Source: Octopus vulgaris (lineage: Eukaryota). Taken from it: a DNA stretch of 64,000 bases. Shown here one piece after another: positions 26,343-41,935 of the stretch (positions are counted from its first letter, which is position 1; the number at the start of each line of letters is the position of its first letter). Made by a program: the position numbers and the translations under genes. The notes under the pieces were generated by a model. The model did no database searches and had not been told where the DNA came from. It worked only from the letters and a program-made list of their open reading frames with translations. The stretch is from NCBI GenBank assembly GCA_951406725.2, contig OX597817.1:71300001-71364000 (forward strand), written 5' to 3'.

Positions 26343-26893
26343 TGTGATTTCAAATTTTGGCACAAGCCCATCCATTTTGATAGAAAAGGAATTAGTTGAC
26401 AAAATCGATCCTAGCACTTGGCTGGCATTTATTTCAACAATTCCAGGAAGAGAAAGGTAAAGCTCCCATAGGGAAGAATTGAACAGGCTTTTCTTTTTCT
26501 TGTTTTTTCTTTTTTTTTTATAATCCCCAATCCCCAAGCCAGAATGGTAGGGGAAAGGTTAGGTTATTCAATTAAACCAGTTCTAATAGTTGATTTTTAC
26601 TTTATTTTTAACGACCCTGAAAGGATAAAAGACCAAGATAATTTCCACGGGATTCGAATTTAGAAGGCAAAGTGCCAGAACCAAAGTACAAGGAATTTTT
26701 GTTTCCCCACTTTTACAATTCTACCAATCCACATGATGAATAATAGTGGTAATCATTATGGATTATTTATTGGCCACAGGGGTCTGCCACATAATAAACA
26801 AATATATCGCACAGAAGGGACACAAAACAAGCGAAAGTGTTGTACAGATTCTATAAACGATGTTGGAGGTAACAGTGAGAGAATGTAATAATA

Positions 26894-26956
<63 letters not shown>

Positions 26957-27695
26957 GTGGACGAAAATGTAATTGCATTTGATGCTAGCTAACAAGCAAA
27001 CCACTATGTTGATGTATTATAGAATTAAACGGTTCTTCAAGCAATATTGATGCGGCAGTCATAGTAATTAACTTCCATACGGCAGATCTTATTAGCTTTT
27101 AGCAGCAGGAAATATTTTCTTTGTAGGTTCGATTACGTTAAAATTAGCCGTTGGCATAAATTGCGATAAGGAATGTAGGAATTATTGATTTTTGTTTTCT
27201 ATTTTTTCACAATGGCACAAGGTTATACATCTGAAGTTAAGGGAGATGTAATGGACTGAATCGACCAAGTACAATTACTGGGTTTAATCAATCTTGTGAA
27301 GGTGTTTTTACCTTGTGGCTCGATCAGCTAGAAATATTAACCAATATCCCTCAAAGCGTAGTCTGCTGTCTAAAAAAGAGGATAAAGGACGCATTGGATT
27401 ATTATGTCGTAAATACAAAATGGCTGAAAAAAAAAAACAAATAAACAAAATAACAGATAGGCAATGGGCTTGGATGGAACGCTTTTGATCATAGATCTGC
27501 TGTATCAGTTGTGGATGGGACGAAAATACAAGAACAAGAACAATAATAAATGGTACTTAACTGTACCAGCGACGGAGTCTCTACGTAATCGTTCACCCTG
27601 CTATAAACAATATCCTCATCTCCATCATATCATGGCTACTGATTTTGTTTTGTTTTAAACTAAGGAGCGGTCACATAAGATTTATTACCCTAGGT

Positions 27696-27842
27696 CGGTG
27701 ATAGACAAACTGCAGCCCGCGGGACTTTCTGAAAGGCACACCTAAAAGAAAAATAACCATGGATAGTTTTAATAGTGCGGCCCATCTGATGACGAGCCAT
27801 GTTTTATGTGGCTCGCTTCGCGAAAAAAGGTTGCCAATACTG
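27696..27842. mobile_element. Degenerate hAT (Charlie-like) MITE
   Basis: Ends cggtgatagacaaactgcagcccgcggg and aaaaaggttgccaatactg; internal gcggccc motifs; TA-centred flanks ccctaggt / gctctaga. Confidence 0.55.
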
Positions 27843-28151
27843 GCTCTAGATGCACTATGACTGATTAAAAAACGGAATTGGACACGACTTTGATCATTTA
27901 CCTGCATAATAAAGGTAAAAGTGGGACTAAACAACTGATACTAATTCATATATAACGATGTGGGGTGGGGTGAAAAACAAAATCATATCTGGTTGAATTT
28001 AAACTCAAAAGGCAAAATGTAAAATTAAATTGTATAATCACATTTTCTCCAGCACTTATACGCTTTTGCCACTACAGCTCCGGTAGGGAAGCATAAAATG
28101 CGATAGCATGATAGCATTTGATAACGTACATCACTCACGTTTGTCCATGTG

Positions 28152-28225
<74 letters not shown>

Positions 28226-28292
28226 CCGATCTATCTATCTATCTATCTATCGATCTATCTATCTATCTATCTATTGATCTACCTATCCTATT

Positions 28293-28378
28293 TCTGATAC
28301 TATCGATCCCTATTGATCTACCTATCCTTTTTTTCCCATGATCTCTTTGATCGAAATTCTACCTCCCTCCCTTTTTTT
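28293..28378 (+). mobile_element. Short Tx1-like 3' UTR fragment in (ATCT)n context
   Basis: gatccctattgatc...cccatgatctctttgatcgaaattctacc matches 3310-3372. Confidence 0.65.
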
Positions 28379-28380
28379 TT

Positions 28381-29614
<1,234 letters not shown>

Positions 29615-29944
29615 ATGGTATATGTGTGTGTATGTGTGTATACATACACACACACAAAGGGAATGAGAGAAAAAGAGAGAAAGAGGGAGTGACGCACGTA
29701 CACACACATACACATAAATATATATATACGCCTGAGTGTCACACTCTCTCTTTCTTTTTCCCTCTTATACTTTCCCTTTGTGTGTATGTATATATACATA
29801 TATATATATACACGTAAATCGTAATTGGTATATCGGTATTAATGTTTTATATAAATTACACGTGTTTCATAAAACCGACAATCATCAATTACATTAGCAT
29901 AAAACTCAGTTACGTGATCAATGTCGTCGGCCACGTTCATCGGC

Positions 29945-30097
29945 ATAACCATATTAAATATTCACATAAATATATACATATTCATATGCATATATTCACG
30001 TAATTGAGTTTTATGAGCATGTAATTGACATTTTCCCGGGTTTATAAAACATACTACTGATTATGTTTTCTGTGTCGTTGAAAAAGACATGGGCGGA

Positions 30098-30188
<91 letters not shown>

Positions 30189-30799
30189 TGTGTGTGCATG
30201 TGCGTGTATGCTTGCGTCCAAATAAATATGCTGTACTCATCAAGCAAAAACAGGGCTACCGAATGAAGGGAGATTACTAACAATGATTTATTGTCTGTAT
30301 GAGCAGTCATCGATTTTCTTTAGCCTTTCTTGTCGTTAGTTTTTTAATAAAACACATTCGTTATTTTTGTAGTATGTATGTATGTATGTATGTATGTATG
30401 TATGTATGTATGTATTATAGCCCTATTAAGTCGGATAGCAGAAATGCACAGAAATTATTATGGCATGACCGACCGTGGTTGAGAGCAAGAGAACTGTGTA
30501 TATACACATATGCATGTACGTTAATACATATTGAATTCTTGGAGATATACTTACCCTACTCAACAAGCCTGTTATATACATATATACATACATACACACA
30601 CACACACATATATATATAAAATAATATCTGTCTTTCTCTCTCTCTTTCCCCCTCTCTTTTTCATATATATATATATATATATACAAACACACACATATAT
30701 ATACACATATATACATATAAATTATGTAAATTCATAAGATTTCATACGTATACATACATACTTATAACCATATTAAATATTCACATAAATATATACATA

Positions 30800-30853
<54 letters not shown>

Positions 30854-30884
30854 TAAATATATATATGCATATATGCCTACACAA

Positions 30885-30970
<86 letters not shown>

Positions 30971-31280
30971 TGTGTGTGCATGTGCGTGTATGCTTGCGTC
31001 CAAATAAATATGCTGTACTCATCAAGCAAAAACAGGGCTACCGAATGAAGGGAGATTACTAACAATGATTTATTGTCTGTATGAGCAGTCATCGATTTTC
31101 TTTAGCCTTTCTTGTCGTTAGTTTTTTAATAAAACACATTCGTTATTTTTGTAGAAAATCTCGATGGTTATTTATCGATAGTTCCTTTGAACGGAAATTA
31201 TTCTTCGTCAAAGATTATTCAACTATCCACGCATATACACAAATTCGTATATACACATATGCATGTACGTTAATACATAT
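29945..31280 (+). repeat. Mosaic direct duplication (29945-29987/30764-30805; 30182-30372/30963-31154; 30498-30531/31247-31280)
   Basis: Identical collinear blocks separated by different spacers. Confidence 0.9.
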
Positions 31281-31567
31281 ATACATATACTTACACACAA
31301 CCACCACACACATATATTTATATGGGTATACATACATTTCTGTGTATATAAATATACAAGCGCATAATCTTAATGACGTCAGTTATTGATGCGAAATGAT
31401 CTAAAAGATGACCTAGATGTCCTGAATAGTAAGATTATATATATATATATATATATTGCTTTACATATAAATATATATGCATAGTTATATAAATTTATAT
31501 ATGTATATACATATATTATTGAATATATAGATACATGTATATATATATATATATGTGTGTGTGTGTA

Positions 31568-31599
<32 letters not shown>

Positions 31600-32749
31600 T
31601 GTTTCTATGTACGTATGTATTATGCAGAATATCTATTTATCCATCTGTTTGTATGTGAGTGTGTGTGAGTGTGTGTGTGTGTGTGTGATTGAGTGAATTT
31701 GTATGCATATATGCATATATTTGTATGAATGTATACAGATATATATGCATATTTCTCTTTGCCTCTCTGTATAGACAAATATATATGAGTATTTATTGTG
31801 TTCTTTGTGGTAGATTTTGTAAGGTTATATTTAACGTTATTAATGATTGCATTCTGTATTGTTATTTTTTTTGCATTATATTTCTCCCCACTTCTACCCC
31901 CACCCCGCCACCACTACCTCCACCTCCACCACCACCAATCGCCATCTGTTCTTTAATTATACAGTTCTAGAAATAATCTGGATAATCTTAATGACGTCAG
32001 TTATTGATGCGAAATGATCTAAAAAGATGACCTAGATGTCCTGAATAGTAAGATCGTAGATGTTGTGAATAGATTTTGAGTTTCACTTAAATTAACAAGA
32101 AGCAAATATCATGTTTAAGATAAAGAAAATGCAACTGAAGATCAATGTACAAAATATCTGTGCCATGGAAGAGAAGTTAGTGTCTATTGTGAGAACGAAA
32201 ATTAAGTTTGAAGTGTTTTCCACAAAGTAGTTGGGCTGAAGGCTTATAACAGAAACAGAATAGCCACATCATTACAGAATAATTGGAGGAATGATGACCG
32301 TTTTGTGACGGTATGTGTGAATATTGAAAAGCCTATCAGAAGCCAAATTGAGTAGAAACAGAAAGCACAATATTCTCTGTAAATAAATACTTAGACATGA
32401 CTGCATGCATACATAAATATGCATGTATATATGTATGTATAAGCTTTTTTGCACTAAGAAGCGGTGCAAGGTACCTGAATTTTCGACTCATGTCAAAGGT
32501 AACTCACTACATCAAATCGTTGTTAGAGTATTCGCATAAGTGGAGTTAAGACAGGCTAGATAGTACTGGCATCGAGTCGTATTAGTTGTGATAATAAAGT
32601 CAAACCAAATAGTGATATTTTGAAATGCTTTGGCTGAGGATGTTATACGTAATGGATTCATTTCTTATATATTACGCAAACACGAAACGTACGTATTAGA
32701 TGATGTCGCAAAAATCACAATCGGGTTTGACTTAACTGTTACAAATATG

Positions 32750-32809
<60 letters not shown>

Positions 32810-32841
32810 CGTGTTTCTGTGTGAGTAGACAGACATACAGT

Positions 32842-32916
<75 letters not shown>

Positions 32917-33084
32917 AATTGATTAAATCGTCTCCAGTACTAGTACTTATCCTATTACGCTCTTTTGCTCAACTGAAAATTTAACGGGACATAAACGAAC
33001 CCACACCGGCTTTCAAACCAAAGTGAGAAGGAATACAAAGAAGCACACACACACATACATATATATACATAGACATATACGTAC

Positions 33085-33142
<58 letters not shown>

Positions 33143-33257
33143 TACATATATATATTATATGACGAACTCTCACATCATTTCCGCCTGTCATATTCTTTCA
33201 AAAGACACTGGTCAGCTCGAAACTATAATAGAAGACACTGACGCAAGATGCAACGGA

Positions 33258-33412
33258 GCATTGTGGAGCAACGGACTAGTCAATTACATCGGCCTCAGTG
33301 CATAACAGGTACCTATTTCATTGACCACGAAAAGATGAAAGACAAAGTCGACCTCAGCGGAATTTGAACTCAGAACGTAAAGTCTGACGAATTGCCACTA
33401 AGCATTTTGTCC
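33258..33412 (-). mobile_element. Meta-like SINE fragment closely similar to 24710-24865
   Basis: ttgtggagca..ggactagtca.ttacatcg.cctcagtgcataacaggtacctatttcattg is shared. Confidence 0.85.
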
Positions 33413-33735
33413 TGTTGGCGTCATTATTATTATTATTATTGCTTATCTTGTTTTTAAGAGATAACTTATATTTTCTATTAATGTACTGAACCAACTGGGA
33501 TATATATATATATATATAATATTAAATTATATTATATTATATTATATTATATATGTATGTGTATATATATATGTATACATTCACACACACACACACACAC
33601 AGACACATATATATATATATATATATACATACATGTATAAATATATGTTTATGTATGTGTGTGTGTGTGAGTGAGTGCGACTATCTCCGCGCGTGTGTGT
33701 GTGTATGTTTGCGTGCGTCGTGTACGTGAATATAC

Positions 33736-33777
<42 letters not shown>

Positions 33778-34629
33778 ATTATATTATATTATATTATATT
33801 ATATATGTATGTGTATATATATATGTATACATTCACACACACACACACACACAGACACATATATATATATATATATATATACATACATGTATAAATATAT
33901 GTTTATGTATGTGTGTGTGTGTGAGTGAGTGCGTGTGCGTGCTCGCGTGTATGTTTAGGTATGCATGTATGTGTACACATATATGCATAATGTCTGAGAA
34001 ATGTAAAAGTTGCTAACAAACTTTTGATAAACATTTCATTTACATTATATTCTAGTTTTACTTTGCAGTTTTCATTCTTATCACCATATTTTCCACACAC
34101 ACACACACACCGACACATATATATATATATTCATCATCGTTATCATCTCAGAAATGATGTCCGACATTTCTTTAACGCAAATGTTTTACCGGGGCTAAAA
34201 AGTAAGTTCGACTGCCGTCGTAATTTAGTGACTGACAAGAATGCTAACATCCTGAGGGAAACTCTAGGTGTCGACAAAGATCAACTAATCAGTTTACACA
34301 AGAGTTCTTTCAGTTCGGGTGCCAATCAGAAATATCTGTTCTCATAAAGCTGCTGGTAGGTTAGACAACACTGCTTATTTGAGAGATGCACCACAGGTAC
34401 TGAAATACCTGCTGGCAGGACGACACTTTTCTACATTCAACCATTCAAGTTTTACTAACCTGTGGAGATATATTGAACTGTTTTTGTCACATGAAGAACA
34501 AATCAGTTGAGTTCATCAGTAGACTCATTTCACCATCTTTCTTTACTGGAGAAGAATATATAATTCTCCTCTATTTAATGGCTATGGGGTAAAAAACATT
34601 TCAGTTTGATATTTAGCTATCTTAAAAAT

Positions 34630-34822
34630 TGGCGAGTTGGCAGAATCGCTTGCACACCAGGCCAGATACTTAGTGGCATTTTGGCCGTCTTCACATTCTG
34701 AGTTCAAATTCCTCTGAGGTTCACTTTGCCTTTCATCCCTTCAGATTCGATGAAATAAATACCAGTTAAATATTGAGGTCGATGTAAACGACTTGCTGGC
34801 CCTGTGTCAAAATTTGAAACTG
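34630..34822 (+). mobile_element. Meta-like SINE copy
   Basis: ggcgagttggcagaatcgc...ctgagttcaaattcc...ctttgcctttcatcc. Confidence 0.8.
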
Positions 34823-35326
34823 CTATTTAGTTTGTTTAAAAATCACAATTCTTATTCTAGACAGTGACAGTGTATTCTTGTAGTTTAAATGTATTAAATT
34901 TAGATCGAATCTTGTTTAAGTTTATCTTTGCTGTTCAGTCTTACTGGGGTCGATAAAATATGTATCAGCAATGTGCTGTGATTGGTTTGACAATATCCTT
35001 CATTTCAATGCGAGGAACCCTTAAATATACAAACACTATTATCGTCGCCATCATCGCAGCCGCAACATCACACCAATATTTCCTTCATTATTACCATTAT
35101 CCTAATCATCATCACCAATACAATTACCACTACCACTGTCTTTTAATGATCATCAAGATCAACATGATTGATATGATCCACCTCATCGTCATCATCATCA
35201 CCATAAGCACTAACAACAATGTCTTCATCACCAGCAGCAGCAAACCACTACCACCACCCGCCTTCTTCTCCTCCTCTCACTACCATCATCATCATCATCG
35301 TCACCATCATCACCATCATCATCATT

Positions 35327-35364
<38 letters not shown>

Positions 35365-35548
35365 ACTTTCAGGTCGTAAACAGCTTTCGGTGGAAAGAGA
35401 AGTAATTTGATAAAATTAAAAAAAGTGAATGTGAAAAAGAAGTAAAGAAATAAAGAAAAATGCAAGAACGGGTTGCAAGGGGCGGGAAAAGCACTCAATT
35501 ATACTTAATTGTGTGTATGTGTGTGTGTGAGTGTGTGTGTGTGGAGTG

Positions 35549-35580
<32 letters not shown>

Positions 35581-36381
35581 CACGTGGGAGACGGAAAGAG
35601 TGGAATAAAGAGAAAGCGAAATAACGAGACAGAGAAATTAAGAGAAAGCGGAGAATAAAGAGACAGAAAAATATAGAGAGGGAAAAGTGAGGCAGAATGA
35701 ATCACGTAAAATCATATTTGCCTAAATTGAATTTATGTATGACCCGAAGCCTGGCAATAGTTTTGGAGAGGTCGATTATGAGTGACCTTGCGAAATTAAG
35801 AAAGTCAAAAGGCTTGAAATATAAACTATTGATTATTTCCATTTTCATAAATTTTATACAATTCGACGATCTATATTTGAAAATGAAAATAAGGAAAATT
35901 TTGACTCTTGGCACATAAACCCCACAGTCATTTGCCTTCACTTTATTACGATTTTCATACTCATTAGCAGTCGCAGAATATGTAATTTTAATTTCGTACA
36001 AAAAAGAAAACATGTTTTTACATGTTTTTAATGGTTTGGTTAGAGGTGAGGGACGGGTATAATCAATGATCCTTTACAGGGTTTGCAAAATTGTTGAAAA
36101 GATGAATGTTATCGAAAAACCTGGCTCGAATGTTTTTCAAGACAGATTGATTTGTATGAAGGTGAACTGAATGACCTGGTAGTTGTGTTAAACCAAGCGA
36201 TGAATTCAGTCTAACATCTAGTATATACCCGCATATGATTACATAAAAAGGACCGCTATTTTGTGGGAACAGGGGCATTATTTTAAAGGAACAACATATT
36301 TTCTGATGAAAAGACTCAGTATTAAAAGTATCGCCAATTTTATGATGTAAATTAATTTTGGGCATATATGTTTATATAATA

Positions 36382-36473
<92 letters not shown>

Positions 36474-36814
36474 AATAATAATGAAGGTAACTATACGCAA
36501 CACAAAGCCAAAAAGGATAAATTCAGTTGTGACTAAGCGTGATTGAGGATGCTAAATAGTATCTACATTGCTAGAAATAGGAGTTTAAAACCCTTAGAGC
36601 TGCAACAAAGCACATTTTCATTTACTGACAAGGGGGATAACCACTCCAAAGAAAGCTAGATCATTAAACTAGACTAAGGTAGTAAATGATGACTGCTCCA
36701 CTGTCAATATATGAAAATGTGCTTACTTGCAGCTCTAAGGGATTTTAATTCTTACTTTTAGCAATAAAGGTGCTACCAAGCACCCTCAGTCACAATTAGT
36801 GACAATAGAATTAC

Positions 36815-36980
36815 ATATATTTTTTTTTTTCTCTCCTTCTTTCTGTGTTTTTTCTCTGTGTATCTTTCTGTTGAAGAGCGTAGGCTCGAAACGTTAAAGA
36901 CTTGTTTTATTTATATTTCCTGAGCACCATACTAATACAATTGTTTGTTTGTATTCCACCTGCCTTCGTCTTTTGTCTAT
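36815..36980 (+). mobile_element. PLE-like relic with a minimal hammerhead motif (36863-36900)
   Basis: tcttt-CTGTTGA-A-GAGC-gtag-GCTC-GAAA-cg-TT-aaaga: stem I tcttt/aaaga, stem II GAGC/GCTC, palindromic ACGT stem III. The element ends in (TA)n. Confidence 0.65.
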
Positions 36981-37069
36981 TTTCATAAAGCTTCCCGTTA
37001 TATATATATATATATAATAACAAAATAATAAATAAAACATATGCATATATACATACATATAGTTAATCG

Positions 37070-37272
37070 AATACATGAAAGCACAAAAAACACAACAACG
37101 CGAGGACGTTGAACAAATATAGTATTATTGGACGCTCAGGAAAGAAGGAAAGAAAGAGGGTTTAAAGTTTCGAGCGGAGCTCTTCGTCGGAAACATAGGA
37201 GAAGGAAAGATCCAGAGAAGGGAAGACAGAGGAAAAAATCGCCAACGGTACACACGCGGTCACATTTTGAAT
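37070..37272 (-). mobile_element. PLE-like relic with hammerhead motif (37160-37194); same family as 56190-56408
   Basis: Reverse complement aligns end to end with 56190-56408 and reads gttt-CCGACGA-A-GAGC-tcc-GCTC-GAAA-ct-TT-aaac. Confidence 0.7.
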
Positions 37273-37311
37273 ACATATACATACATATATGTACATACCT
37301 ACATTTGTATG

Positions 37312-37482
37312 TATGGGTACAGGACACCAAAAAACGTAGAACACAATGAGAAACGAAAACAGAAAAACAAAAACATGGAAACGGACTATTTTCAAACAAC
37401 AAAACAGAGTACAAGATATACAACACAAGGAATATTCCTCTTCTTCAGTTGCTCTTGTTTCGACTACTCCGTGTTTCGAAGG
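37312..37482 (-). mobile_element. Single arm of the family forming the 54847-55184 palindrome
   Basis: gggtacaggacaccaaaaaacg..aacacaatgagaaacgaaaac resembles 54856-54900. It terminates at tttcgaagg, which is just 5' of GAAA on the minus strand. Confidence 0.55.
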
Positions 37483-37753
37483 TATGGAGTTATATGTATA
37501 AATATATTTACGTATATAGATTTATAGCTGTATGAGGAATAAAAAAATGTTGCTATTAAAATTGCATTTCATTTTTATTAGCCTTGACTGAGTCTTCAGG
37601 TTTCATATAGGATCTCAGCCGAAGCAAACCATCAGGCTACACATGAAGTCCCAGTTGAAAAGAAATTTTGTTTTATACATACATACATACAAACATACAT
37701 ACATATATACATACATACATGCATACATTCATACATGCATACATATTCATACA

Positions 37754-37785
<32 letters not shown>

Positions 37786-38104
37786 CATACATACATACAT
37801 ACATACATACATGCATACATTCATACATGTATACATATACATACACACATACCTATATATGTTTGTGTGTGTATGTATGTATGTATGTATGTATGTATGT
37901 ATGTATGTATGTATGTATGTATGTATGTATGTATGCATGTATGCATGTGTACAGGGTGTTCGGGCTATACAAGAAATTTAAGAGAATGTTAATATATTTC
38001 TATATCAACAAATGTTCTCAGATGTCCTTCACGAGCCATAAGTTCATAAGGCCGGTTCTTGGATTCTGTGGCGTATATATTCTCCCATCCCCAATACCGG
38101 ACGC

Positions 38105-38275
38105 TGGTCCGTTGCAAGTTTACTCATTTTTGCCAGTTAAGTAGAATGGAACAACGTGTAATGGAGTGCTTTGTTCAAGATCATTATACGTCACCGGGCC
38201 TCGGATTCGAAACCACAATCTTACAAGTCTCACGATTATGAGCGCAACACCTTTAACCACTGCGGTGCGCGACTC
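38105..38275 (-). mobile_element. Third tRNA-derived SINE family; second copy at about 59150-59425(-)
   Basis: Reverse complement has an A-box-like agtggtta and B-box-like ggtttc(g/a)a(a/t)tcc, then cgttgttccat..act.a.ctg..aaatgagtaa, shared by both copies. Confidence 0.65.
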
Positions 38276-38509
38276 CACGCATATTTTCATGTGTATGTGT
38301 GCGTGTATGTGTGTGTGTCTCTGTGTGTGTGAATTATCAATTGTGGAACACGACTGTCATTACATGAACATAATTGCATAACGCATGAAAATACTAGTCT
38401 ATTTCAATATTGTAAAATTGTAAGAATTGTAAATAAAGCGTGAAAATCAGACTACGTTGGAATTTCATTGATTAATATATTCTTCCATACACAATCATAC
38501 CAACTTGGA

Positions 38510-38592
<83 letters not shown>

Positions 38593-38637
38593 ATGTCTGT
38601 CTGTCTGTCTGTCTGTCTATCTGTCTGTCTGTCTGTA

Positions 38638-38711
<74 letters not shown>

Positions 38712-39050
38712 ACTATCTATACACATACACACACATATGCCCATCATGTGATTTACATATATATGTCATATGCGAATGGGACGGTCTGAATTAAATCTAA
38801 ACGCATTAAAAAGCCTTAGCTATGAAATTATTTGTATATAATTATAGTCAGGATTATGTAAATTAATAAGTATCAGAATGTAAATATATTCCTTCCATGT
38901 CTTTCATTTGCTATGTTCTGCATAAATCTCTCTCTATATATATATATATATAAAAGAGAGATTCTGTCCGTTTGTTTGCTTGTACAATAAAATGAAACTA
39001 AATAGTTCAGGGCAAGCTATTATGCTATTGCTTAATCGATCGATCGATCG

Positions 39051-39132
<82 letters not shown>

Positions 39133-39159
39133 ATACATATATATATATATGTATGTATA

Positions 39160-39191
<32 letters not shown>

Positions 39192-40804
39192 ATGTGTGTG
39201 TGAGTGTGTGTGTGTCTGTGTGTGTGTGTGTGAGTGTGTGTGTGTCTGTGTGTGTGTGTGTCTGTTTGTCCAGCAAAATGAAACTAAATGGTTCAGGGGA
39301 AGCTATTATGCTATTGCCTAATTTGTCTCAACACAAATTATGCAATGGTATAACACTAATTGCGCACATACTTATGAGGAACTGCATTGATAAAATAACA
39401 CATACAACTCATTATTAACATATAATAAACAAACAGAACTTCGTATATGAAATTGATCTTTTTTCTACTTCAATTATTATTTGAGATCGAGGCTTTCAAG
39501 TGATCAATCAGCTGAACTATTTGCAGAGAAGGGTGGGTTCTAGTTGATAAAGAACAGTTTCTTACACTCAATCCAATATGTAATTCAACTGATTCCGTCT
39601 ATGATTTGGTGGATGAAATCTTTCTTAATCTTCTTCATAATTCCAGCAATACAGATGAAATCTGTGTACCAGCTATTCTGTATTTGTGAGGGAGAATGTA
39701 CGTGTTACGACGCTGACACTAAATTATAAGAGTCACCTTAGTGTTGTATCCTATTAATTGTAAAATGTTCTCATTTGAGTTCTATGTCCTGATCTTTGAC
39801 GTAGTTCTACAATCTCTTACCCATCTCTACAAATTCGTCGTTATGTTTCCACGTAAGATCTCTGTAATTAAAAGAAAGTTTAGGATGTGTGTTTTATTCA
39901 TTGCCAATATTGTTTCTCTGCATTGCCAAAATATATAATTCATTGTTTCTTTCTTTGTTATTATTTCCGTTCCTAATCGCTTTATATTTCACAAAATATT
40001 TTTATCTGATTGTCAAAGATCTAACACTACAAAACTGTAGTTTATAATAAATGGCTTTTTATACAAATTGTGTATCCTAATTTATTCGCCTATTCTTTTG
40101 TATACTATAATTTAATATTGTATGCGATTGTCAATTATAATTTAGGAGTATATAAAATAATATATGCTAATTTATTAGTCTATGCAATGCTATATTATAT
40201 TATTCAGCAGAATAATATTATATTATTCAGACAGCCAAGTTGTTCGTTTGACCGAACGAGCTATAACATCAAATTAGCATATAAATTGGTTGAATATTTC
40301 AATCATGCATACCCATCATGCATTGTTGAAGTACATTCAGTGTGACGATGTGACAAAACTGGATCTTTCATTTACAGACACAGTCCATCAGACGGACTTC
40401 GATACAGTTTCTGCCAATTTGTCGCACAAGACGAATCGATGAAGGTTATGGCAAATGACATTTGTCTAACTTGCCAGTTATTGGTATTGAAATCAAGACG
40501 ACACGAATGCCGGATAAACATCTTCACCACGCGACTAAGCTTGTGTCTAATAGTATAATTTTATCTATTAGTGTACAGAATTGTTGCAAAACGAAGACAG
40601 AAAATTTCGCAGGTGTCAGGCAGGTGATTTGATGTGATGCCCTGTACTGAAGCAATTACAGCGTAGAAGACATATGTGAGACATTAAAAATCACCCACAA
40701 GCATTTAAAATTTGGGGTCAAAATTTTTGTTGCACCGAATAAATGTAATAAGTAAAGTTAACATATAAGTTACAAAAGAGAAAAGATTTGGCAATAAATA
40801 ATTG

Positions 40805-41008
40805 TCTCTAATTTTAAGTACAAGGCTACCAAATTTTGAGGAGATGGGGTTAATTGAGGTCGTCAACCCAAGTACTTGACTGGGACTTTATTTTATTAAC
40901 TGCGGAGGGATGAAAGGCAAACTTCAACAGGAGTTGAACTAGGATCGTGGATATGCCAGAACTAATGTTGCAAGGCATTTTCTCTGGATTTCCGACGAGT
41001 CTGCCAGC
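40805..41008 (-). mobile_element. Meta-like SINE copy, degenerate
   Basis: cccaagtacttgactgggactttattttatt..ggatgaaaggcaaa..tctgccagc. Confidence 0.7.
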
Positions 41009-41894
41009 CCTATAGTTGATAATAAATAATAAAAACGTAATATTCCTGATTAACAAAATAAGAGATGATCTTCATTATTTTTAATTCGACGTAATTCAAA
41101 CCGGTCTGAGGGATTATGTTCCATTACATTCTGAGAGTATGACTTAGCCATCTGAAGCATCAGCACTTCACTTCAAGGAACAAACTTACACACTCATAAA
41201 TATCAGAAAAAATAAATGATAAATATAAAAAGGAAACTTAATAATTTGTTGCTGATCAAACCAGGTTTTCGTAATAGCTCTTCAGTTTAGGCATTAGCAT
41301 ATTAACTTCCTTAATCTGTGAGGGTAAAGATCTTGAATACTGACTCTTCGTTTATGATTAACAAAAAAAAATTTTTTAATCCTGTTTACTTTTTCCCCTC
41401 AAAAAAAAAAAAAACGAAGAATTTTTACCTAAATAGCAAATTTATAGATTTAGATCATGGTTTTAGCATTTTTTGTCTTCCAGGAAGTTCTAAGTATAAA
41501 GGAAATATAAGATAGATATCAAATATGATTTCGTATATAAAAAAATATCAGATAAGATAATGATATAAAGGAAAGAGACAAAATTAATTGATATTACAAA
41601 GAATCACAAGTTGTTTGAAAAATAAATATAGAAGCAAATAGATAAATGGCAAGTGAGTTTATGTCCATTAATTCTCTAACTTTTTTTCGTGATTTGATAT
41701 CAATCTAAATAACCTAGTGCTACTTTTTGGGGAGGCGGAAGAGTTGTCTGGTTTCTTAGAAAACGAGTGCGTCTTCGCTAAGCTTCATTATGCTTCAAGT
41801 AATATTTCACTCATAAAGGACTGCGCATATTTACTTAGCTATTTCCTGTTACTTTATTAAAATTAATGCAACTCCGTAACACGGAGTGGTTATG

Positions 41895-41935
41895 CTTCAC
41901 TGAAGAAGCCTAATAATACCGAAATGTGTCTGGAG
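41895..41935 (+). ncRNA. Minimal type I hammerhead ribozyme motif, probably decayed
   Basis: cttca-CTGAAGA-A-G(cctaataatac)C-GAAA-tgtg-TC-tggag. The core is intact and stem I is cttca/tggag. Stem III ATGTGT can be read as a CpG-decayed ACGCGT palindrome. Stem II is weak. Confidence 0.55.

Noticed and set aside
27786-27826. CTGATGA followed by a GAGCCA/TGGCTC stem resembling a hammerhead
   Set aside because: The stem is followed by GCTT, not GAAA, and there are no stems I or III. It lies inside a hAT-like MITE.
31983-32340. Possible degenerate LINE RT fragment (also 34150-34560, 39540-39960)
   Set aside because: Multiple stops and no diagnostic motif readable by eye; it cannot be supported without a profile search.
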